From Candidatus Brocadia sp. (lineage in GTDB: Bacteria; Planctomycetota; Brocadiia; Brocadiales; Brocadiaceae), in NCBI GenBank assembly GCA_021650915.1, contig CP091279.1:3810001-3842000 (forward strand): 32,000 bases of DNA. Reading direction: 5' to 3'. How positions within the stretch are numbered: the stretch's first letter is position 1; each line of letters starts with the position of its first letter. The position numbers were made by a program, and so were the translations under genes. The notes under the pieces are model-generated. The model had not been told where the DNA came from and searched no databases. It was given only the letters and a program-made list of their open reading frames with translations. This document shows, in pieces, positions 1 through 8,559 of the stretch.

Positions 1-24
1 CTCTTCCTGAAAAGAGAATTTAAG

Positions 25-651
25 ATGACCGAGGATGAAATAGCGTGCATCCTTCGTTACAAGAACGAGCAGAAACGATTTCATTCTGTGGGTGAACTGT
101 ATCGTGTGTCGGGATTGAGTCTGGAAGGCTTGTCGAAATTACTTCTCCCGCAGGTGACCATTGAGAGCCAAAATGAACTGGAAGATGCCGATATTCCCCT
201 GAGCATCAGTCTTGTTGAGGTAATGGAAAAGCGGTATAAGAACATGCTGGATGAACTGAAAGAGGGATACCGGAAGGAGGCGCAGGAACATTCGTATGCG
301 ATGGCAGAGGCGTATCACTACGTAGGTCTGGCGCTCTACGATATTGGCGATGACGAGGGGGTAAAAATATATTATGAAAAGGCGCTGGTAAAATTTCAGG
401 AGATTATAGAGAAGTTTGAGGGGATAACACCGGTTCACGCCCAGTATCGTATCGGCAATCTTTTCGAGGAATTAGCCTTGCTCTACGAGAAAGAGCAGGA
501 AGAATACAACAAAAAGGCGATAGATGCCTACACGCGTATTATCGATGAGCAGCAATCGGCAAGATTATTTGGCGCTATACGCGAGTTGGTTTCAGTCAAA
601 ATAGACCAGGCCAGGGAAAGGGTGGAATACCTGAAAAGAGAATGGTTTTAG
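25..651 (+). CDS. Hypothetical protein with an N-terminal ComEA-like helix-hairpin-helix segment and a helical TPR-like remainder; possibly 5'-truncated by the window edge
   Basis: ORF track. EDEIACILRYKNEQKRFHSVGELYRVSGLS resembles a ComEA-type HhH motif, and the rest is helical-repeat-like by eye (AEAYHYVGLALYDIGD, YYEKAL). The frame is open from base 1 to ATG25. No family was recognised with certainty. Confidence 0.45.
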   Translation: MTEDEIACILRYKNEQKRFHSVGELYRVSGLSLEGLSKLLLPQVTIESQNELEDADIPLSISLVEVMEKRYKNMLDELKEGYRKEAQEHSYAMAEAYHYVGLALYDIGDDEGVKIYYEKALVKFQEIIEKFEGITPVHAQYRIGNLFEELALLYEKEQEEYNKKAIDAYTRIIDEQQSARLFGAIRELVSVKIDQARERVEYLKREWF

Positions 652-698
652 GTATACTCAAAAGGTTCACAATCAGTGAATATTTAGATTGATAAACA

Positions 699-736
699 GG
701 GTGGCATGGACAAACTCTGTTTGTCCGTGTTGAACT
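699..736 (+). repeat. Hairpin repeat, copy A (GGGTGGCATGGACAAACTCTGTTTGTCCGTGTTGAACT)
   Basis: An 8-11 bp stem, (CAT)GGACAAAC / GTTTGTCC(GTG), with loop TCT. It is near-identical to 23439-23475 (same strand) and to the reverse complement of 6463-6495. Flanking similarity to copy B extends from about 675 to 770. Confidence 0.85.
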
Positions 737-750
737 TGCACGACGTTGTT

Positions 751-2806
751 TATAGAGCCTGCGCATAAACTAAAAAACAAGCCATGAAAAGGCGGAACTG
801 CATCATGTGTGCATTGACAGAGAAACGGATTTCACTCAAAAGCGAGGTCAAAGAGAGAGAAAAACGATTCGTCAGAGGACACCAGACCAAATAAGCCGAA
901 TTCCAGACGTACCATCCCTCCACACGACGACTCTTTTACGCTGAAAACCAGATTTAGTTTCTTAACAAGACATGAAACGCAATCATGGTTTTATCCAGGT
1001 ATGCCTGGAACGAATCGTTTCCCCGCTTCGTGAGCCGATCATCCCCAAAGTCACACTTCAACCGTTTTATCATCCTTTCCACCGCAGGACGACGGGACAT
1101 GATGGCCTTGTACCTCTTCGCCATCGGAGGGTCTTTGGGGTCTATGTGTGGCAAGAGATCAAACGAGATATTGATTATCCTGCCACCGGTAGCGTTTGGG
1201 CAACAATCCTCGCGATGATAACAAGCGCGACATACCGGCGCATTGTCTGAATCCTTTGGCGCTTGATAGATAAACTTCTCATGTTCGTATCTCATCCCCC
1301 TGATATTCCATCTCGTATCCCGCCTTACACACCGGAATACCATACGGTGTAATCTTGTCTATTCCTCGTGGCAAATCTTCCGTGATCTCCTTTTTCCTTC
1401 TTGGATTGAAAGACACCTTTACCTCTATACCCAGATTCTCCCTGAATTTCTTCTTGATTTCATCACTATCGCCTGCGCTATCATACAATACCCTTTCTAC
1501 CGACGGTTGAATCTCCGGATACATCTCAAAGACTTCCTTCACGTGCGGGTATAAGGTCATTCCATCAAAGGTCGCCGCATCCTTTATCGCACGCGCATCT
1601 AAGGGTATCCCTTGACGGGGATACCCAAGCACACTTGCCTTGTGACCCCAATACATCTTCCCCCCGGATTTTACGATTGTCCCCGCCCCATCATCACTCA
1701 ATCCCCACGAATGACTGCACCCCTGCTTATCTTCGCAACCACACCTCTTGGTTACCTTTGACTGCGATTTCTTCTGCTCTTCGCCACTCGCATCTTTATA
1801 TACTACGGTCTCAAAGCCCGAATACGCGTAATAATGGGTCGTGTCTCCCACCAACTCATTTTCCTTTCTTATGATCCCACTCGTTATGTTCGCTTTCACC
1901 TCTTCCACTTTTATCCTCGCCCATATCCCGCTTTCTTTCATGATCTGGTCAAACTGCTCCAGCTTCCGAAGGCTTGGTATGTGCTCACTGCAATACTCGT
2001 CCCTGACGTGTCTGGGAATAAATCCACATACCCGCGCAAAACTGGGATTGCTCTTCAATAACCGGTACACCTTTTCCGGCTCGGCGGGAAACCCCATTAT
2101 CGTTGCACCGATAAAACTCTTCAGCAAAGCAAAAAAACACTTCGGCTTTTTCCCCCCAAATCGAAATGGCACCTTGCCAGGCGCTATACTCTCCGGAGAT
2201 ACCCCCGATAGCGACAAATCTTCTCTTTTTACCTCGAATAAAACCCCTTCTCCTCTCTCACCCTCTGCCTGCATGGTTACCCGTGAAAAGAGCAATCTCT
2301 GCCGCGCTTCCTCCTTGGTCTCCCTCGCATCTTTCTCCCCCTCAACTCCTCGCTCTTCTCGCTCCCTGGCCTGCTTCTGGTTAAATTCATGCAGCGCATT
2401 ATAATAGTCTACTCCAAACCCCACATATCTTTCGTATCGAAAATGGTACAATACCTGAAACCACTCCGCATCATCGGTATTCAGCAAATATCTGTCGTCT
2501 TCATGAATGATATGGAATAATGGTTTTTGCTGGCTTGTGTTCCTCAATAATGGTATCATTTCACTGTGCCCTCCCTTGTATGGTATTTCGAATAGTTTGC
2601 CTGATTTATTATACAAGATGGGCACGACTATTTTGTAATTTTTCCCCTCTTTTCTTCAAATATTTTTTCATCTCCCCTGAAAAACAAGCCTTTTCATGCT
2701 GCCGTTCTTGATATCTTTTTGTAGACTTTACAAAATTATTACCCCGTCCTATCGCCTCTTCTCCCTGATTTACAACGAATCTTTTCGCTTATGCGCCAGC
2801 TCTATA
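751..2806 (-). mobile_element. IS4-superfamily (DDE) insertion sequence, 2056 bp, transposase frameshifted
   Basis: Imperfect terminal inverted repeats TATAGAGCCTGCGCATAAAC (751-770) and the reverse complement of 2787-2806, TATAGAGCTGGCGCATAAGC (17/20), bracket the transposase frames. No target-site duplication was detectable at the flanks. Confidence 0.75.
954..2625 (-). pseudogene. DDE transposase (IS4/IS5-superfamily type) split into two overlapping frames
   Basis: Minus-strand ORFs 1279-2625 and 954-1343 overlap. The downstream part carries RRPAVERMIKRLK (R-x3-E-x6-K, the IS4-type C-terminal signature). The upstream part has DTTHY and YDSAGD candidate catalytic Asp motifs. The frames join as EYQG|MRYEHEKF if one base of the C5 run at 1296-1300 is removed. 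Confidence 0.75.
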
Positions 2807-3050
2807 GTATTACTGTATAAAAACTTCTTTTTTTTGTAAGTTTTTTCATAAGCCCCTTTCAGGAGGTACCGTTTTTTATGAGTGAAAGATTGCTTCGCTT
2901 CACTCGCAATGGTAATATGAAAAAGCAGCGTCCTTCCAAGGAGGTTAAAAAGCCTTGAATAGGCGATAACCTTTTGTGATATTAAATATCATAAAGGCTT
3001 TAGACCACCAATTAAGGTGGTAAGTCTTTAAACCTTGGAAAGGAGGCTGT
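2807..3050 (+). ncRNA. Candidate IS110 left-end non-coding RNA (bridge-RNA-like) region
   Basis: A 244-nt non-coding leader lies directly upstream of the reconstructed recombinase start. Stems seen: GAGTGAA 2880-2886 / TTCACTC 2899-2905; TGATATT 2977-2983 / AATATCA 2985-2991; a long imperfect hairpin at 2994-3036 with inner stem ACCACC 3004-3009 / GGTGGT 3016-3021. The position matches where IS110-group elements encode their guide RNA. No covariance model was run. Confidence 0.3.
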
Positions 3051-3249
3051 ATGATAAAGTATATAGTGTTTGAACGGAAACCCCCCAGAGCCCTGTAAAG
3101 TAAGGAGAAGCTGGTGAAAAATGTTCATGAAAGTCATTGAATTTTTTCGGGTAAAAGGGTAAAATATGGCGAAAATGAAGGGATTCTGGGTATAAAGAGT
3201 CCAAATATTCGGTTCATTAACCCACTAGCCAAAGGACATTCGATAGAAG

Positions 3250-4712
3250 ATGAGAAAGAGATTTGAGCAGCAATTGAAGCTTGGCATCATACCCATTTCA
3301 GGGGTAAAACTGCCAATAAAGAGTCGAGATGAGCTACCACCGATACTGAGGGCGTTGCAACATATCTATGTTACACCGGAGTTGAACGAGGAGGTATTCC
3401 GGATATTAGAGGCGAAGGTAACGAAGGGGAAGAAAAGACGGGAAGATATGGGATGGATTTATGGCATATTTTGGTGTTGTCGGTGGTAAGATTAGGGTTA
3501 GATGCCGATTATGACAGGTTGGAGGATTTTGCCAACCATCACAAACTTATCAGGCAGATAATGGGGGTTGAGACGGCATTTGGAGAGGCGAAGGTTTTTT
3601 CGATGCAGAGCATCAAGGACAATATAAGATTGTTGGATGAGGAGACCCTCAGGCAGATAAATGAAGTGGTGATATCATCGGGGCATCAGTTGGTTAAAAA
3701 AAAGGACGAAGGACTGTGTATTAAGGTGGATACGTATGTGTTAGAGACGAATGTACACTTTCCGGCCGATATGAATTTATTGTGGGATGCGGGACGCAAG
3801 AGTCTGGACATGATAGAGGATGCAATAGAGGAAGGCATCCTGGCGGGGAAAGGATGGCGCAAGAGCAAATATTGGAGGAGAGAGTTAAAAAAGCTGATGA
3901 GGATAAGCGCAAAGGCGTCAAGCAGCGGGGGGAAAAACAAGGAAGAGCATGTGAGGAGTTACTTGGAATTATCGAGGGGTTTGAGTGAAAAGATAGGAGC
4001 GAGTCTGTTAGCCATCTACGAAAAGGTGCTAACGACGAACCAGGTAGACAAGCATGCAGGGAAAATAGGGACACTGGAGTATTTTCACGGGATGTTGAAT
4101 AAACAGATAGACCTGGTGGAGAGAAGGGTGATCCGGGATGAGGTAATACCGGCGGCAGAAAAGGTTCATTCGTTGTTTGAGCCGCATACGGAGTGGCTGT
4201 ACAAAGGCAAGTCAAACAAAAGGGTAGAGTTGGGACATAATATTCTGGTAGCAAGCGATCAGTGGGGTTTCATCGTGGACCATGTGGTAGGAGAAAAACA
4301 GGCGGATGTATCGTTGGTAATTCCATTGGCAGATAGGTTGTTGAGCCGTTACGGAGAAGGCACAATAAAGAGTATAAGTTTTGATAAAGGTTTTTACAAG
4401 AAAGAGAATAAAGAGTTGCTGAGTTTGTATATACCAGAGGTAATCCTTCCCAAGAAGGGCAAGAAGAATAAGGCGGAACAGGAAGAGGAATCGGGTAAGA
4501 CATTTAAGAAGCTAAGGCACAAGCACTCGGCGGTAGAATCGGATATCAATCGTTTGGAGCATCACGGCTTGGATAGGTGTCCGGACAAAGGGCTGCATGC
4601 CTTTAAAAGATATTGTGCAATGGGCGTGTTAGCTGCGAATTTGCACAAGCTGGGAAACGTGCTGCAGGAGAAGGCACGGAAGCAGTGCGAAAAGTTGCGA
4701 AAAGCCGCCTAA
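3250..4712 (+). pseudogene. ISNCY-type transposase, frameshifted near codon 62
   Basis: ORFs 3250-3489 and 3453-4712 overlap. The conserved junction reads VTKGKK(K)TGRYGMDLWHILVLSVVRLGLDADYDRL if one A is added to the A4 run at 3433-3436. The N-terminal MRKRFEQQLKLG...SRDELP and the GMDLW motif are typical of this transposase family by recollection. Confidence 0.75.
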
Positions 4713-4878
4713 GCAAGCAAAAAACACGAAGAAAAACAGTCTGCCGGGAGGCAGGTACGCCCAGACAAGGCTAAAATAAAGGGGAAAACAAGGGAAATAT
4801 GTAAAAGAACAGTATTTTTGCCAAAAACCCTAATCTCAAATCTTAAAATTATCTATTGGTAAATAGAAAATCGACCTC

Positions 4879-4906
4879 GCACTTTTACAAAAAGTGCGTT
4901 TTCGTT
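4879..4906 (+). terminator. Rho-independent-terminator-like hairpin just inside the right end of the ISNCY-like element
   Basis: GCACTTTT (4879-4886), a 3-nt loop, then AAAAGTGC (4890-4897), followed by GTTTTCGTT. Confidence 0.5.
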
Positions 4907-6462
4907 CAGACACTATATAGGATTGGATGCACATTCGTCAACATGTACATTCAATGTGACGGATGAAAGAGGGAGGGAAGTAGACAACACTACGATTGAG
5001 AGCAATGGCCGGCTTTTGGTGAAGTATGTGAGGGGAGTGGAGGGTGTTAAGAAACTGACCTTTGAAGAGTGTGAATTAAGCAACTGGCTGTATGAGATAT
5101 TGAGACCAGAAGTAGATGAGTTGATCGTATGCAATCCAGTAGCAAACGGTGATTACAAGAAGAAAAAGACGGACAAGATGGATGCCAGGAAGCTGTCGAA
5201 TCTTTTGCGAGGAGGTTTTCTCGTACCGGTATATCATGATGGTTCAAAGAGGGAGAGGTTAAGGAGTTTAATGTCCGGGTATCAGGATTTCATTGAGGAG
5301 GGTGTGAGGCTAAAGAACCGATACAAATCCTTATTTCGGAAAAGTGGGAAGAAAATCAAAGGTGAAGCGTTATATAACGACGAGAGTTTCCTGGAAGGAT
5401 TAGAGCGAAGAGACTTTCAATTTATTGGCACGCAGATCTATCAGCTTTTAGAGAAGATGGAAGAAGGCAGGCAGGAATATGTAAAAGAGATCGTTCGATG
5501 CAGTAAGGGATTTAAAGAGATAAAATATCTCAAGAGCATTCCCGGCATTGGGAGTATCCAGGCGGCGAAGATCGTATCACAGGTAATAGACCCGGAGAGG
5601 TTTAGCAGTAAGTACAAATATTACAGCTACTGTGGGTTGGTGAGGCATAAGAGGATAAGTGATGGGAGGGGATATGGGAGTGAAAAGATTTGGGGAAATC
5701 GGATATTAAAATGCGTATACAAGATGGCAGGACATTCGGTTTTAAAGGGTAAGAGCGGTTTAAGGAACTATTACGATACCTTGCGGTTGAAAGGCATCGG
5801 TCATGACAATGCCTATAATGCAGTATGTCGTAAGATAGCGGCAATATCTTTAAGCGTGTGGAGGAAGAGTGAGAAATATAATGACAGACTGATCACTGGC
5901 AATCTAATCAAGTAAAACAGGGCAAGAGGGCATGAAAGGCTGGTTCGCACCTGTTTTCTTGAGAGAGGGATGAGATCCACGTGTCATTGACCCAAAGAGG
6001 TCCAACGCAATGGTTGATCCGCCCTCGTTTAAATCGAAAATTACCATGCTCAGCAAAGAGCACCGATAGATGACTGAAAACCGATTGCCGAAGGTATTTC
6101 AGAGAAGGTAGTAGAAAGAAAACGATAATAATCTGTTTGTCATTCATGCACTCAGGACTTTATGGCTTGATTAGCCTCAGTTAAGCGGAAGGGACGCATG
6201 GCAAGAAAACATTTCTTTGGTTTTTTTGTCAACAGGGATAATATTTTTTCTTGACATGCTTTTTCATAGATGACAACGTGCCGTGTGCCATCAAAGTGCA
6301 TGGTCACTGTCATTGTGAGGGCCTTTTCCGAAGCAATCTCCCCACTTTCATAAAGGAAATTTGGTTGCGGCTGTGCTGCGCTATGAAATATCCATTTTAA
6401 AATTTGGATAGACAAACCAAGTCTGATCATTGCAAGCACAAGGTATTGAGCAGTATTACAAA

Positions 6463-6495
6463 AACACGGACAAGCACAGCTTGTCCATGCCACCC
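6463..6495 (-). repeat. Hairpin repeat, copy C (inverted relative to copies A and B)
   Basis: The reverse complement reads GGGTGGCATGGACAAGCTGTGCTTGTCCGTGTT. It matches copy A, including the flanks GGTGGCAT and GTGTT, with 3 substitutions in the stem-loop. Confidence 0.8.
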
Positions 6496-6528
6496 CTTTA
6501 GATTATGGTAAGTCTGTATTAAGTTTAT

Positions 6529-6560
6529 AAATCACAAATTGTGCGCCTCTTGAGTATAAC
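6529..6560 (+). repeat. IS-end-like box AAATCACAAATTGTGCGCCTCTTGAGTATAAC
   Basis: It matches about 27/32 positions of 23481-23512 (AAATCACAAATTGTGAGCCTGTGGAGTATAAG). It also resembles the IS4-like terminal IR (TATAGAGCCTGCGCATAAAC). Confidence 0.7.
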
Positions 6561-6828
6561 AGCGGGTGTTTGCCCCTCCATCGTTTGTAACGGTTGCATT
6601 ATTTGCTTGGCATAAAAACTTCGTAAGTTTAGAAAGACCGGAAAATACATATTCCGATAAGAGCAACCCGGGATGATCCGGGGAGGCGCAAAGTAACAGT
6701 GTCTTTTGTGATGGCGTGAGGATAAACGACGTTTCCTTATTCAAGAGAGTTAGCTCCTTGGGAAAAAATGTATACTACTCAATAATTCAACTTGGTAACG
6801 ATGTAAAAAATTCACACAATGACCAAAT

Positions 6829-8265
6829 CTAAGGTGTGCTCCCGTTCAAACACGCCATGAGAATATTATTCAGTGTCTCAATTGTTTGCATTGTCTTGAC
6901 CGTGCCTTTCTTTTCAGAAAGACATTCTTTTTCTTGTTCCACAAAGACTTCGGCCTTTGTCAATAAGTGATATTGCCTTTTGTTAAATACCACCGGCTTC
7001 ATGGGATGATAGACGGTATCAAATTCCTGCACCAGCCTCTTGTGTAAATCGTCAAAACCGTCCTTGTTCAGCGCTGACAGGGAACAGCACGGTTGCTGAA
7101 GGACGGATTCAATCCTGGTTTTGTCCAGGGTTGCCGGCAGGTCGCATTTATTTATGACGGGCAGTATTGCGCGTGCATGTGCCTTTTGTGGTACATCGCC
7201 AGAAGTTTTCGACATAAGCCACGCATGTAAGGCGACCAGGATTCCCTCATCTTCCTTGTCAAACGGCCTGGAGTTATCAAATACGGCGATAACCTTGTCG
7301 GCACGCCGGAGTTGTTCCTGCGTTATCTCAATGCTCATGGCCTCCAGCTTGTCATCGGCTTCGCGTATGCCAGCCGTATCCACCAGCTCAAAGGGGATAC
7401 CCTCAACTGAAATAACCTCACTCACATAATCCCGCGTTGTTCCGGGTTCATGATGCACCAGCATCCGCTCTTCACCCAGGATGGCGTTGATGAGGGTCGA
7501 TTTTCCCACATTGGGCTTTCCCAGGATTACTAAGACTTGCGGGGTGGTCAACGCCATGCCGAAAGATGCCGTCTCCAACAAACCCCGAATAAGGTTTGTC
7601 AGGGCAGTAACGCATACGCTGCTTTTCCGGGGCAGGACGTTCATTTCTTCTCCTGTTCCCTTACCGTCGTTAGGGGAAGGGGTGGGAGACTGATGGTGCG
7701 CCGCGCCCGCAGTTCCGCTCATTTTTAGTTCTTCCAATACTTCCAATCCCTGTTTCAGCATCCCCGATAATGCCCCGGCATATTGATCCAGCAACACCTT
7801 GGCGCTCAGCCTTGTCCGTGCCTGCACAAGTTCCTGAAGCGCCTCTTTTTGGACAACATCTATTCTGTCGTGCTCAAAGGACCGTGCTAGTAATGAATTC
7901 CACGGGGCGCCCTCTGCACCCGCAGCCTGCACACATTCATACATACGCATCAGGACGCGGATCCCGCCGTGGCAGTTTATTTCCGCCACATCTTCTCCGG
8001 TAAAACTGTCTTCCCGTCTTATAATATGCACAATAACTTCATCAATCTTCTGTTCGCGATCCTTAATATACCCATAATAGAGCTTGTGACTCCTGGCCTC
8101 CGTCAGATCGGCAATCCCCTTTCCCTGAAACACCTTGTTGATGATCCTCAGGGCATGCCGTCCTGATACGACAATCTTGCCAATGCCGCCCTCGCCTAGC
8201 GGGGTTGCCAGAGAAACCATCGTCTGCTGTTCTTGAAAGGCATTTGATGTATGTTCGTTTATCAT
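6829..8265 (-). CDS. mnmE: tRNA modification GTPase MnmE (TrmE)
   Basis: N-terminal domain motifs: SLATPLGEGGIGKIVVSG and FTGEDVAEINCHGG. G domain: GKPNVGKSTLINAILG, GTTRD, DTAGIRE, NKCD. There is an unusual insertion between the N-domain and the G-domain, and the C-terminus is divergent. Confidence 0.85.
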   Translation of the reverse strand: MINEHTSNAFQEQQTMVSLATPLGEGGIGKIVVSGRHALRIINKVFQGKGIADLTEARSHKLYYGYIKDREQKIDEVIVHIIRREDSFTGEDVAEINCHGGIRVLMRMYECVQAAGAEGAPWNSLLARSFEHDRIDVVQKEALQELVQARTRLSAKVLLDQYAGALSGMLKQGLEVLEELKMSGTAGAAHHQSPTPSPNDGKGTGEEMNVLPRKSSVCVTALTNLIRGLLETASFGMALTTPQVLVILGKPNVGKSTLINAILGEERMLVHHEPGTTRDYVSEVISVEGIPFELVDTAGIREADDKLEAMSIEITQEQLRRADKVIAVFDNSRPFDKEDEGILVALHAWLMSKTSGDVPQKAHARAILPVINKCDLPATLDKTRIESVLQQPCCSLSALNKDGFDDLHKRLVQEFDTVYHPMKPVVFNKRQYHLLTKAEVFVEQEKECLSEKKGTVKTMQTIETLNNILMACLNGSTP

Positions 8266-8369
8266 TTCTTAACAATGATAGCAACTAACATTAGTGTTTA
8301 CAATGGGAGAATGGCCTGGTTTCACCTCTTTCCTGGCGCAGCGAAGCTGTAGCTAAGTCTCCTTTAAAT

Positions 8370-8396
8370 GAGGGGGTTTTGGGGTGTGTTTGAAAG
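8370..8396 (+). repeat. G-rich tail repeat, copy 1 (GAGGGGGTTTTGGGGTGTGTTTGAAAG)
   Basis: It shares the GAGGGG-TT-GGGGTGTGTTTGAAA core with 10882-10930 (reverse complement), 10962-11000 and 13289-13324. It lies 164 bp upstream of the peroxidase start. Confidence 0.7.
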
Positions 8397-8559
8397 CTTA
8401 CCTCAAAAAGAAGTTTTTATGGAATACGACAACGCCGCAATGCCACGGCAAGACCGACAACAAAATTTTCAGATGCAATTTCAGTAGATGATTTATATAA
8501 TGAAATATGATGCAAATTAACATAAATTTTTCAAACATAGTGAGAGAGGGGGGAATGAT

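Larger units (their letters stand above)
3066..4913 (+). mobile_element. ISNCY-family (ISDol1-group-like) insertion sequence, 1848 bp, nested in the IS110 recombinase gene
   Basis: Terminal IRs are GTGTTTGAACGGAAAC (3066-3081) and the reverse complement of 4898-4913, GTGTCTGAACGAAAAC (14/16). A 6-bp direct duplication TATATA lies at 3060-3065 and 4914-4919. Size and duplication length fit what I recall for the ISDol1 group. Confidence 0.8.
2807..5915 (+). mobile_element. IS110-family element, minimum recognisable extent (left non-coding end plus interrupted recombinase gene); true ends not determinable
   Basis: The recombinase ORF is reconstructed across the nested insertion (see 3051-5915). 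IS110-family elements lack classical terminal IRs. The left side abuts the IS4-like IR at 2806, and the right end lies somewhere after 5915. Confidence 0.5.
3051..5915 (+). pseudogene. IS110-family transposase/recombinase (DEDD RuvC-like N-domain plus IS116/IS110/IS902 C-domain) interrupted after codon 5 by an IS insertion
   Basis: SD AGGAGG (3041-3046) precedes ATG 3051, giving MIKYI (3051-3065). GLDAHSSTC... resumes in frame at 4920. The C-terminal region IPGIGSIQAAKIVSQVIDPERF...YCGLVRHKRISDG is typical of IS110. Candidate DEDD residues are in GLDAH, FEECE and KTDKMDARK. The track ORF start (TTG 4923) lacks the N-terminus. Confidence 0.85.

Noticed and set aside
2878-2958. A 26-codon ORF (MSERLLRFTRNGNMKKQRPSKEVKKP) behind AGGAGG at 2861-2866 in the IS110 leader
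   Set aside because: The SD-ATG spacing is about 11 nt and there is no recognisable family. It lies in a region more plausibly acting as structured RNA, so it is not reported as a gene.
3060-4919. An apparent 16/18 inverted repeat, TATATAGTGTTTGAACGG versus the reverse complement of 4902-4919, taken as the IS termini
   Set aside because: TATATA is its own reverse complement. Read as a direct repeat, it is the 6-bp target-site duplication. The true IRs start at 3066 and 4913. This reading also restores the IS110 reading frame.
4923-5915. Track ORF start (TTG 4923) as the IS110 transposase start
   Set aside because: The frame is open upstream to 4863 with no start codon, and the conserved YIG of the N-terminus lies upstream of 4923. 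The real start is ATG 3051, separated from the rest of the gene by the nested IS.
6152-6493. 113-aa minus-strand ORF
   Set aside because: It starts inside hairpin-repeat copy C, has a Cys/Phe-rich low-complexity N-terminus, and shows no recognisable domain or SD. It is treated as probably non-coding or an IS remnant.
6532-6744. 70-aa minus-strand ORF downstream of mnmE
   Set aside because: It has no recognisable motif and its 3' end runs into the IS-end-like box. The evidence is insufficient.
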